From sequence record OR836606.1: a stretch of DNA of 64,000 nt, one strand, 5' to 3'. A program made the position numbers and the translations under genes. Numbering within the stretch: the stretch's first letter is position 1; every line of letters starts with the position of its first letter. Source of the stretch: Staphylococcus phage LY01. Shown in pieces: positions 29,866 through 38,803 of the stretch. The notes beneath the pieces are model-generated. The model was not told the origin of the DNA, searched no databases, and saw only the letters and a list, made by a program, of their open reading frames with translations.

Positions 29866-31815
29866 TTAAAATACAAAAATTATATTTCCACAGTCATAAA
29901 TTTTGTTTTTATCATTTTCATCCTTTCTTTTTTGTCTTATATAGTTATTCTTTCGATTCCCGTTATTCTTTGAAAAGTTACAGAAATCAGGTTCTGTTTC
30001 CGCTATTGGCAGCATATCATAGCTTTTCATTTTATATGCTACATACGAATCTCTTTTAACTATAAATTTTAAATTTTTGTATTTTCTATTAATTAATTCT
30101 AAATCAAATTTATTATTTGTCATGGTATGATAATTATGACATTTTCTTGTTTCCTTATTATAAGAGAATACTGAAATTAATCTATTCTTATAAATTACTC
30201 CTTTATATTCTGTGTCTCCTGTAACAAATTCTTGTCTAGAATTTTCAAAAAATTCTCTAAATTTATAATAACTAATTGTATCTATTTTTATTGAATTAGT
30301 GTCTATGTCTTCAATATCAAATCTTTTATCAAACATCATTAATTCAGATAAAAATCTACCAAATTTATCCCAGCCAATTCCTTTACTCTTATTAGGAATT
30401 TCATCATCATATATATTCAGTAAATGATAACCTTTATTTTCTAGCATTTTTAATTTTCTTAATTGATGGTATTTATTTGAAGCCTCTGATCTTGTTTCAG
30501 ATGAATGGTATTTGATACCTTGAACTTCAATAGCTAATTTTAAATTTTCTATAACTATATCAATGCCATAAGGTTTGATTAAATCTTCTATTTCATAATT
30601 ATTAACTTCAAAATCTAAACTTTGAATATACTCCCTTACAAAAGTTTCTGTTATCGAGGTACTAGTAGAAGAACATTTAGGACATTGTCTACCTTTAATT
30701 AATAAATCTTCAGCTGTTACTTTAAAAGGTCCATGCTTAAGACAAATTACTTCTTGTTTTTCTTTGATAGTCTTAGGTCTGAATTTATCAATTTTATATT
30801 TATTTTTACCATGTTTACGATCAGTTAATTTTTTATAAAAGTCCTGTCTTTCATTTTCTGTATAGATATTTTTATTTATATATTTAATCTTTCTACTTAA
30901 ATTAGTATTATTATCTTCTATTATTTGATCAACGGTCTTTTTATTTAATTTAGGTTTAATAATTTCCTTTGGTTTTTCAGCTTCTTTATTTTCTTCAATT
31001 TTACCTTTATCCAGTGATTTAATATTCTTTAAGAATTTCTTATTTTCTTTTTCAGAATTAGGTATCTTATCTGGTTCTATATAATACTTTAATTTAGGGG
31101 GATTTAAAACTTCATCTAAAAGTCTTTTATTTTCTTCATTTACGTCTACTTTTTCTTTAGTTTTTTTATTTTCTTTTTCCTTCTCTTCTTTTAATTCTTG
31201 ATATATTTTTTCATTTTTATTTTCTATGAATTTATCTTTCCAACTAGTGTCTTTCTTTTCTTCTTCTGTTTCTTTTTCGCATACAGGGCAACCTTTTTTC
31301 TTTATAAAGAAATCTATTGGAGTAGTAAAGAATGGACCATGCTTTCTACATATAACTTTTTGGTTGGATCTAATTGTTGATGGTTTAAAATGACTCATAT
31401 CATATATTATACTATTATAAGTAAAATTAGCAAAATTTTTGTAAAAGAATTCAATATTTTCTTTACTTTCTTTTTTGCATTCTCTAACTTTTACTTTTAA
31501 TTTGGTAGTACTATCTATATACTTATAGATATTTCTAAGATCTTCATCTAAACCTAACTCATCTAAATTAAAAATTTTAGATTTTTTAATATTTAATTCT
31601 TCTTCCTCTTTCTTAAAGTCTTTATCTAATTTTTTAATGTCTTTAGTGTATTTTAATGTCTTTATTTTATATTCTTTTGTAATATCACTAGCATCTTTAG
31701 TTACCATAATTGTATCCTTATTTAAATCATAATCTTTCTTAAAGTCTTCTAATAAAAATATATAATTATAGCCAAACTTTTCATTTAATGATTTCCTAAT
31801 TTTTGAACCTAACAT
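29866..31815 (-). CDS. zinc-ribbon-repeat protein with C-terminal Vsr/DUF559-like nuclease domain (free-standing homing-endonuclease-like); paralog of the 32599..34782 gene
   Basis: Repeated C-x-KHG-x(14-20)-CPxC modules (ICRKHGPFFTTPIDFFIKKKGCPVCEKE; VICLKHGPFKVTAEDLLIKGRQCPKCSS). IDIVIENLKLAIEVQGIKYHS is Vsr-like. The C-terminal 150 aa are alignable with those of the 727-aa neighbour. Confidence 0.5.
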   Translation of the reverse strand: MLGSKIRKSLNEKFGYNYIFLLEDFKKDYDLNKDTIMVTKDASDITKEYKIKTLKYTKDIKKLDKDFKKEEEELNIKKSKIFNLDELGLDEDLRNIYKYIDSTTKLKVKVRECKKESKENIEFFYKNFANFTYNSIIYDMSHFKPSTIRSNQKVICRKHGPFFTTPIDFFIKKKGCPVCEKETEEEKKDTSWKDKFIENKNEKIYQELKEEKEKENKKTKEKVDVNEENKRLLDEVLNPPKLKYYIEPDKIPNSEKENKKFLKNIKSLDKGKIEENKEAEKPKEIIKPKLNKKTVDQIIEDNNTNLSRKIKYINKNIYTENERQDFYKKLTDRKHGKNKYKIDKFRPKTIKEKQEVICLKHGPFKVTAEDLLIKGRQCPKCSSTSTSITETFVREYIQSLDFEVNNYEIEDLIKPYGIDIVIENLKLAIEVQGIKYHSSETRSEASNKYHQLRKLKMLENKGYHLLNIYDDEIPNKSKGIGWDKFGRFLSELMMFDKRFDIEDIDTNSIKIDTISYYKFREFFENSRQEFVTGDTEYKGVIYKNRLISVFSYNKETRKCHNYHTMTNNKFDLELINRKYKNLKFIVKRDSYVAYKMKSYDMLPIAETEPDFCNFSKNNGNRKNNYIRQKRKDENDKNKIYDCGNIIFVF

Positions 31816-31901
31816 ATCTTTTTCAACTCCATATTATAAAAGTATTTGAGATAAATTATATCTCATTTTTATAATATATATTTAAATCTATGTATAAAAT
31901 A

Positions 31902-31932
31902 ACCCTAACCTTCAATTTAATGAGGTTAGGGT
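31902..31932. terminator. palindromic terminator ACCCTAACC-TTCAATTTAATG-AGGTTAGGGT (family variant)
   Basis: Stem-loop of the same CCCTAACC family. Confidence 0.5.
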
Positions 31933-32129
31933 AAAAGTGCTTTATTAGTTTTTAGCCGATCAAAAAAGCATAAAATGATCCACCTAGTTTTTCTTTTAAG
32001 TTGTGAATTAAAAGAAATAAAATATTTAATAGTCTAGTTTTTTAATATTAGGGTCAAAACTAGAAAACAAATTAAGTTAAAGTTAGTCAATTATTAAAAG
32101 ACCTCTTTAACAAAAATAAAATCTAATAA

Positions 32130-32450
32130 CTAAACGTAAATTAGATATAAGCTTTAATTTTACAACTGACGATATGCCTTAACGACAGTTGAATCTAACA
32201 GCATAAGTATGGCATATGACTCATACTGTGTTTCATTTACACTAAGTCTGCAGCCTTAGTGTGAGGATGATTAATCCTATCAGTTTGTTCTTGGTGAGAG
32301 TTGAACTCACAAAATATCGATTTGTTCGATATGCTTTAACCAGTAGCAACAAGAACATAATAAATAAAGTGGATCATTTTTCTATGATCCACTTAAATAA
32401 AGCGCAACATTATACGGGTCGGAGGCTCATGTAAATCACTTGACGTAGAG
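32130..32450. ncRNA. candidate structured non-coding RNA / cis element (GC-elevated island with at least five stable hairpins); function unknown
   Basis: No ORF. Local GC is clearly above the surrounding ~25%. Hairpins: ATATGCC..GGCATAT, CACTAAG-TCTGCAGC-CTTAGTG, GTGAG..CTCAC, ATATCGA-TTTGT-TCGATAT, GTGGATCAT-TTTTCT-ATGATCCAC. Flanked by terminators at 31902-32 and 32567-94. Confidence 0.25.
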
Positions 32451-32566
32451 CAAATTACATGATTGAATGAGAAAAAGAATTTACGAATATAGTAAATAGA
32501 AATATATCTATTACTATATTAAAATAGTTATTTATAAATCCTAAATAAAAAAAAAAAATAATTATA

Positions 32567-32594
32567 ATACAGTGACAAATTAATGTCACTGTAT
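32567..32594 (-). terminator. terminator ACAGTGACA-AATTAA-TGTCACTGT followed (minus strand) by T12
   Basis: Immediately past the stop of the 32599..34782 gene. A12 on the + strand at 32553-64. Confidence 0.55.
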
Positions 32595-32598
32595 TATA

Positions 32599-34782
32599 TT
32601 AATAAATCATAATAGTTCTACCGCAATCATAAATTCTATTAGGATTATTAGGATCTTTCTTTTCAAGTCTTTTGCTTCGATATTTAACTTTTCCTTTAGT
32701 TCGGAAATTTCTATAATCTGGCGATTCTTCTTCAATACTAACGAATCCATATTCTTTAAATTTATATTTGTTATAAGAATCAGATCTTAAATTAAAAATA
32801 ATATTTGGATATTGATTTAAAATTAAATCAATATCTGCATTGGTCCTATAATTAGTGCAATAATTATTAGATATACCTTTATTATTATAAGAAAATACAG
32901 ATATTAAAGTGTTTTTATAAAAAATTCCTTTATAAAATTTATCTTCTTTATTAAAGAAATCTAAAGAGTGATTTTTATAAAATTCTTTTATTTGTGTATA
33001 ACTTATTTTTCTTATTTCTAAATTATTTTCTATTTCTTTATCAATATTAAGATTTTTATCACCAAACAATAGAATTTCTTTTAAGATTTTACTATATTGA
33101 TTTTTTATATGCTCATACTTGTTAAAGAATTGATCTTCATATAGATTTATTAATTTATAACCTTTATTTTCCATTATATCCATTTTTTCTTTTTGATGCG
33201 TTTTTGCGTAATGTTCATCTTTAATCATATTTGAATGCCATCTTAATCCATTTACTTCAATACCCAAACCAATATCTTCTATAAAAATATCTATTTCTTT
33301 TCTATTACCTAGTATTAATCTATTAGAAATTTTAATATTTTGATACAGAGTATATTTTTTGATAATATTAAATAGAGTATCTTCTAAACTTGAAGGACCC
33401 GCAAATTTACATTTAGGACAACCTCCTCCTTTTATAATATTCTCTACTCTAGATTCAAAATAACCATGTTTTTTACATCCAAATATTGATACAGCTTTAT
33501 CATAATCATATTGAAAATTGAATTTATCTAAAATTAGTTGATCTTTTCTTTTATAACGTATCTTATATTTATAAAATTCATTTTTCTGTTTTTGATTGAA
33601 TTGTATTTTTGCTATCATTCCTTTTTCTCTATTATTTAAGTTCTTATCTTTAAATAACTCAAAAGGTGTATACTTTTTAAAATTGGTTTTAATGCTTATT
33701 AAAGGAATGTCTTTTTTATTTAGAGGTTTTCCTGTAAAATTTCCTGCTTTTTCTCTTTTAATAGCCGCAGTTTTTTCTAAAGCACATTTTCTACAACCAT
33801 AACCATTTGAATGAGATCTTAAAGATGTTCGAACTCTACCATGTTTTTTACATTTTATAATTACATGATCTTTATTAAAATTATTAAATCTTAATTCACT
33901 ATAATCATATTTATTGTTATGGATATAACTTAATTTCATTTTCATAAATTCATTTTTTTCATCAATATTAAATTTTATATAATTCTTACGAAAATCTTTA
34001 TCGCCTTTTTTCCATTTTTTAAACAAAGATTCTGGAGTTTCTTTTTTACTAATAGATGCATTTCTTTTTATTTTTTCTTTAACACAATCAGGACAGCTTT
34101 CATTATTTCTTTTAGAATAGTGGTTTACTGCTATTATTTCAAATTTTCTGTTGTGTTTTTTACATCTTAATTTTAACCTACAATGCCTTCCTGTATATAC
34201 TGCTTCAGAATAATCATATTTCTTTTCATATTCTGGGTGTCTTTTAAAAACATTTTTTAAAAATTGTTCTTTCGTTAAAATTTTATTTTTACTATCTCTT
34301 TCTTTTTGACATTTAGGACAATCTACAAATCTTAATAAATGATTACTTATACTTCTTTTGAAGGTGCCATGTTTTTCACATTTTATTTCTATATAGGTCG
34401 ATTTATTATAACGTTTATCTAAGTCTAAATTAGGATAAGTAAATTTATCACCATATATCTCTTTAAATTTAGATAAAAATTCTCTTCCAGTTAGATAATG
34501 TTTTTCTTCATAACATTTAACACATCTTTTAGCACATTTAGCATTGCCCCATAAATCAAAATATTTCTCATGTCCTTTTTCACATGTATATTTTATTCTT
34601 AAATCTTTTTTCTTCATCCCTTTACTATAATTCAATATCTCTATACTACCACCATAAGCATTAAGTAATTTACTCATACTTTTTTCTATATCTTTTTTAG
34701 TAAATGTAACCATTATCCTTTTCATCTCCGTTAAATTTATTTTTATAATTATGAATGTATATTTTAAATTAATACATAACAA
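32599..34782 (-). CDS. zinc-ribbon-repeat protein with C-terminal Vsr/DUF559-like nuclease domain (homing-endonuclease-like), paralog of the 29866..31815 gene
   Basis: At least five C-x-KHG ... CPxC modules. EIDIFIEDIGLGIEVNGLRWHS Vsr-like core. Shared C-terminal ..YDCG..I..(F/Y). Confidence 0.5.
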   Translation of the reverse strand: MLCINLKYTFIIIKINLTEMKRIMVTFTKKDIEKSMSKLLNAYGGSIEILNYSKGMKKKDLRIKYTCEKGHEKYFDLWGNAKCAKRCVKCYEEKHYLTGREFLSKFKEIYGDKFTYPNLDLDKRYNKSTYIEIKCEKHGTFKRSISNHLLRFVDCPKCQKERDSKNKILTKEQFLKNVFKRHPEYEKKYDYSEAVYTGRHCRLKLRCKKHNRKFEIIAVNHYSKRNNESCPDCVKEKIKRNASISKKETPESLFKKWKKGDKDFRKNYIKFNIDEKNEFMKMKLSYIHNNKYDYSELRFNNFNKDHVIIKCKKHGRVRTSLRSHSNGYGCRKCALEKTAAIKREKAGNFTGKPLNKKDIPLISIKTNFKKYTPFELFKDKNLNNREKGMIAKIQFNQKQKNEFYKYKIRYKRKDQLILDKFNFQYDYDKAVSIFGCKKHGYFESRVENIIKGGGCPKCKFAGPSSLEDTLFNIIKKYTLYQNIKISNRLILGNRKEIDIFIEDIGLGIEVNGLRWHSNMIKDEHYAKTHQKEKMDIMENKGYKLINLYEDQFFNKYEHIKNQYSKILKEILLFGDKNLNIDKEIENNLEIRKISYTQIKEFYKNHSLDFFNKEDKFYKGIFYKNTLISVFSYNNKGISNNYCTNYRTNADIDLILNQYPNIIFNLRSDSYNKYKFKEYGFVSIEEESPDYRNFRTKGKVKYRSKRLEKKDPNNPNRIYDCGRTIMIY

Positions 34783-34873
34783 TCACCTCATAATTATAAT
34801 ATAAATTTGAAGAATGATTTAATACAATAAAATTGGGATAATAATCATTAATTAGATTATTATCCCTTTTATA

Positions 34874-35286
34874 TTATTCTATATAACTTTCTATATCTAC
34901 TTCATTTTGTTTAATTGTCATGTCATGGAAAGATTTCATTGAGCTTGTTACAATAGCTTGAGCCACTTGGTTGACCAGTAGACCAATATTCTCAATTCCT
35001 AATTTATAAGGTAATTCTCCCGCACATTTACTACAAATATCTTCATTAGCACAATACATAGGACTTCTAAACTCTAATACTTTACCCATATAATCATCAA
35101 CATTTTCAGGAGTTAACAAAATTAATTGACCCGATCTCGCATTGTTATCTTTGAAATATCTATACATCATTAATGATGCGTTTGACTTGTCTAATGTCAA
35201 TTTAAGAAAATGATTCGTTCTACAATCCGAACCTTTTTTATCTAAAACTGTTGTTTGAAAGGCTGACATCAATTGCTTGGCTTGAT
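34874..35286 (-). CDS. RNAP beta-prime-like subunit, 3'-terminal exon (interrupted gene; 5' boundary of this exon uncertain, anywhere 35240-35290)
   Basis: GSDCRTNHF aligns to beta-prime EDDCGTHEG. RSPMYCANEDICSKCAG..IENIGLLVNQVAQAIVTSS aligns to beta-prime VRSxxTC..GVCAxCYG..GExIGxIAAQSIGEPGTQ. Confidence 0.6.
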
Positions 35287-35420
35287 CTAATTTAATTTTT
35301 CTGTATTAGTACAATACAGATAAGACTATATCTTCTAATGTAATATATTTAGTCGTTGAACAACTTGTATTAAGTTGATGCTGATTAATCTAATAAGATA
35401 CTTCCAGCAATTAATATTAT
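35287..35420 (-). ncRNA. compact group I intron, copy G (short-5' subfamily), in the beta-prime-like gene; boundaries approximate
   Basis: On the minus strand: P AATTGCTGGAAG (35401-35412), Q TTAATCAGCATCA (35377-35389), R TGTTCAACGACTAAATA (35347-35363), S GATATAGTCT (35323-35332), P9 hairpin CTGTATTGTACTAATACAG (35301-35319). Confidence 0.65.
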
Positions 35421-35456
35421 TTAATGTGAGCATCAAGTTTACCCACCTTCTTGAGT
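35421..35456 (-). CDS. putative micro-exon of the beta-prime-like gene between introns F and G (frame and limits uncertain)
   Basis: In one frame it encodes (Y)SRRWVNLMLTLNNI. This matches the universally conserved beta-prime G(Y)LTRRLVDV segment and the paralog's GYLNRKITLLTSDL. No start codon in that frame. Confidence 0.4.
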
Positions 35457-35633
35457 CATTTATGTTAACTATATTAAAATAATACAGATCAGACTATATC
35501 AAAAACTCTATATGAGCTTAATTATATTTAGTCGTTGAACACTATTTTTAGTGATGCTGATTAACTTAATAAAGGATCTCAGCAATTAATAATTTTTCGT
35601 ATATTATATTACTATAATAAAGGGCATTCATAT
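35457..35633 (-). ncRNA. compact group I intron, copy F (long-5' subfamily with P1 hairpin GGTAT..ATGCC), in the beta-prime-like gene
   Basis: P TTAATTGCTGAGATCC, Q TTAATCAGCATCA, R TGTTCAACGACTAAATA, S GATATAGTCTGATC, P9 CTGTATTATTTTAATATAG, terminal ..TTAACATAAATG (omega-G at 35457). Confidence 0.7.
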
Positions 35634-36431
35634 ACCTAGTGCACGTCCAGCTGAACCAGCAGTCATGACATCTCCAAACATATAAAGTTCATTAGGATCA
35701 ATTCCTTCAGCTAGTGAGCTTTTAGCAATTCTAATTTTACTTGGATCAGCAAAGTTTTTATTGGCTCCACGAATCAATGCAGTTAATTTATAGTTATTAC
35801 CGAATGAACCACGTGAACCACTATCATAAATATCTAAATCGGCTAAACCTTTTAATTCTTCTTTACTTAATTTAATTAATTCTTTTTCAATAGCAGATAT
35901 TGCGTTTAATTCTTCTCCAGAAGTATTCAACTCTTTTTCATATTTAACTAATAATTCTTCTTTCTTTTGTTTAACCTTATCAGTAGCAGTCATCATTGTA
36001 GTAGTTAAACTAGAATTAATAAAACTAGCTATAGAGAATCCTAACCATTGTAATTTATCAATGTAATCTGACATTTCTTGTGTAGTAATAATATCATTGA
36101 GTAATAAGTTTGATAAATCAGATTGAAGCTTACCAATTCCAGAACCACCCATATCGTGATTCATATATCCTATAATTGGCCCAATTTTATTATCTAAAAT
36201 AAATTTATTAAATATATATCTACCTACAGTAGTCTTTTCATCTTTTTTATTATAAACTAAATCTTTTTTTAATGTAAATTTATCTGATGGATTATACATT
36301 GGTTCTGTATTCTGTCTAAAGGCAAATAATTCTTTTAACTTGTCTAATGTAATATCATCTTTACCAACACTTAATAATGTAGATACTTCTTTTTCGTTAA
36401 GTGTTTTATTCTCATAATTCATATTAGCCAA
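35634..36431 (-). CDS. RNAP beta-prime-like subunit, C-terminal gene segment (first exon of interrupted gene; own ATG start)
   Basis: EGIDPNELYMFGDVMTAGSAGRALG aligns to beta-prime [25 protein letters not shown] (trigger-loop region). Minus-strand ORF 35628..36431 from the track. Confidence 0.65.
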
Positions 36432-36970
36432 TTTATTTTCACTTCTTTCATTATTTTATTCATATTTAGATGTTATTGAGCATTTTATAATTTTTATATA
36501 ATTAAACAATGTATATGAAGTTAATAGTTATTTTTATATTAAATATTTAATTGTATTAATTTAATAAAGATAATATAAATAGTCAATGATTTATATTAAA
36601 TTAATATAAATTACAGAAATAAATTATGTAAAAACTATAAATTTTTATAATTATGTGATAAAAAATTTGAAAATGCCCGGAATATTATAATTATATTATA
36701 ATAAAATTATAATAATAAATATATTATTCTTATAATATATTTATATAAATTAAAATATTATGAGGGGATAGTACACATTTTTATTTCATAAAAATGTATT
36801 AAGAAAATAACGAACGAAGTGAGTTATTTTATTTATATAAATCCAATTAAAATACATAACAATAATAATCAAAACTATTGTATATAGGAAATTTATTGAA
36901 TAATATTATAAAATAAAAATAATATAAATATATTAATCAATAAAATTAAATACGGAAAGGAATGGCATAA
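36432..36970. promoter_or_regulatory. ~540-bp extremely AT-rich divergent intergenic region between the two intron-containing RNAP genes (probable divergent promoters)
   Basis: No ORF. Long runs of ATAATATAAATA-type repeats. Flanked by the starts of the minus-strand beta-prime-like and plus-strand beta-like genes. Confidence 0.3.
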
Positions 36971-38560
36971 TTGAAATATCTTAATAGATTAAAAAATCTT
37001 AAATTCTATTCAATATCTGGATATAAAATTAAAGCTATTGATGAAGAAATCGAAGATAAGAAAAAAGATCAGTTAGTTATTTATAAAGGTTTTAAAGAAA
37101 ATTCATTTACTGATTTTTTAAATAGTGGATTATTATATCATCAGAATTTTAAGAATATCTATATTCCGAGATTGTATAGAACTAGAAATAGAAGAACTAG
37201 ATTATTAACAAATATAACAGATTATCAAAAAGAGATTAAATCTAAATCTTACAAACAGTATAGAGTTGAAAGAAATGAGAAATTATTTAAAGGTAGAAAC
37301 TATATTGTTGATTCAACTAAATTTATTGATTTAGAAGATAAATCATTAATAACTAGAAATTTTAATACAGTATTGGATTCAATTAAATCAACTTTTAATT
37401 CTTTAAATAATGCAGAAGATTACAATAATTTATTATATGTAATTAATGTTGATGGGTATAATAAGTCTTCTCAAGAAGCAATTAGACCTAATACAAAAGA
37501 TTTCATGTCAAGCTTATTCATGATGATTAAGAATCAAGAGGAATTACCTCATGGTGAAAATCAAAATATTAATTTATTATTTGTCTCATTAGATAATGGA
37601 ATAATGTTTAAATTTGATTATAAAGATTATAATAAACTTAATATGAGACTTAGACAAAGATTAAGAAGAATCATTGATACTAATACACAAGCATTAGATA
37701 CTGATGAAATTAGTAAAGTTGAAGATGATGACAATACTGAAGCTGTAGATGGAGTAATTAAAAAGAAAGCATTTGATAATGTAGGAACAATTGATCCTAT
37801 CGAAGCTCAGAACGATGAAGCTGAATATGAAAATGATGAACAGTTAGAAAAAATATCTAATAAAATAGATTCTACAATAAGTTATATTAGATCATTAGAC
37901 AATACTGAAATGGATGTTGATGATGAATATAATATAGCTATGATAATTGAAAAAGAATTAAATAATAATAAAGATTTAATTGATATTGATACTGAAACAT
38001 TATATTCGGATGTATTGGATAAAAATGATTCATTTAAATCAATTAAGAGAAATATTAAAAATAAATCTAGTATTGGCGATGAAGCACTTAAAAATACTAA
38101 AAAGATATTAGCTTTATCCAAGAAACAAGATGAATACCTTAATGATTTAGAGGATTTTAGCTTTTCTGAAGATAAATTAATCGATAGAGAAATTAATGAA
38201 AATATTAATAATATTAATGAAGAGACTATTAATAATATTGCTTCTAATGATTTTGATGTTTCTTATATGCAAAAAACATTTAATAAAGACTTTATTGATA
38301 TAATGAAAAGCTTTAATGACAATGAAGATATTCCGGTATTTATTAATAAAATGAATATTGAAGATAATTCAGATAGTCAATCATTAAAAAATACAGTTAA
38401 AGTTCAATTTAGAAGTCCAGACGGTTTAACTCATAATGTTAAATTTGATGTTCCTAAAGTTATTGACGGTAAGTACATGAAGCTTAACGGTGGGAAAAAG
38501 ATATTAACTAAACAGTTAATGATGTGGCCAATCGTTAAATATAAACCGGATTGTTCATAA
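36971..38560 (+). CDS. RNAP beta-like subunit, exon 1 (N-terminal part; TTG start per ORF track; true exon end probably at a U within 38551-38557)
   Basis: C-terminal KYMKLNGGKKILTKQLMMWPIVKYKPD aligns to RpoB [25 protein letters not shown]. Confidence 0.6.
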   Translation: MKYLNRLKNLKFYSISGYKIKAIDEEIEDKKKDQLVIYKGFKENSFTDFLNSGLLYHQNFKNIYIPRLYRTRNRRTRLLTNITDYQKEIKSKSYKQYRVERNEKLFKGRNYIVDSTKFIDLEDKSLITRNFNTVLDSIKSTFNSLNNAEDYNNLLYVINVDGYNKSSQEAIRPNTKDFMSSLFMMIKNQEELPHGENQNINLLFVSLDNGIMFKFDYKDYNKLNMRLRQRLRRIIDTNTQALDTDEISKVEDDDNTEAVDGVIKKKAFDNVGTIDPIEAQNDEAEYENDEQLEKISNKIDSTISYIRSLDNTEMDVDDEYNIAMIIEKELNNNKDLIDIDTETLYSDVLDKNDSFKSIKRNIKNKSSIGDEALKNTKKILALSKKQDEYLNDLEDFSFSEDKLIDREINENINNINEETINNIASNDFDVSYMQKTFNKDFIDIMKSFNDNEDIPVFINKMNIEDNSDSQSLKNTVKVQFRSPDGLTHNVKFDVPKVIDGKYMKLNGGKKILTKQLMMWPIVKYKPDCS

Positions 38561-38589
38561 CAGTCCACTTTTATAGCAATATGAAAGTA

Positions 38590-38730
38590 AAAAGAATATT
38601 AATTGCTGAAACGGTTTTATTAAATTAATCAGCATCAATTATTATTAATTGTTCAACGACTAAATATATTCACTCTTATTGAGAGTATGATATAGTCTGT
38701 GCTCTAAATTGATAATTTAGAGATTGTATA
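38590..38730 (+). ncRNA. group I intron core, copy E (5' ribozyme moiety of an IStron-like element) in the beta-like gene
   Basis: P TTAATTGCTGAAACGG (38599-), Q TTAATCAGCATCA (38625-37), R TGTTCAACGACTAAATA (38651-67), S GATATAGTCT (38689-98), P9-like TGTATAAAATACAG (38715-28). Confidence 0.7.
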
Positions 38731-38803
38731 AAATACAGATAAAAAATTCATATCAGAATTTCTCTTAACATATTTTTATAATATGATTAGGAGGTGAAAT
38801 TAA

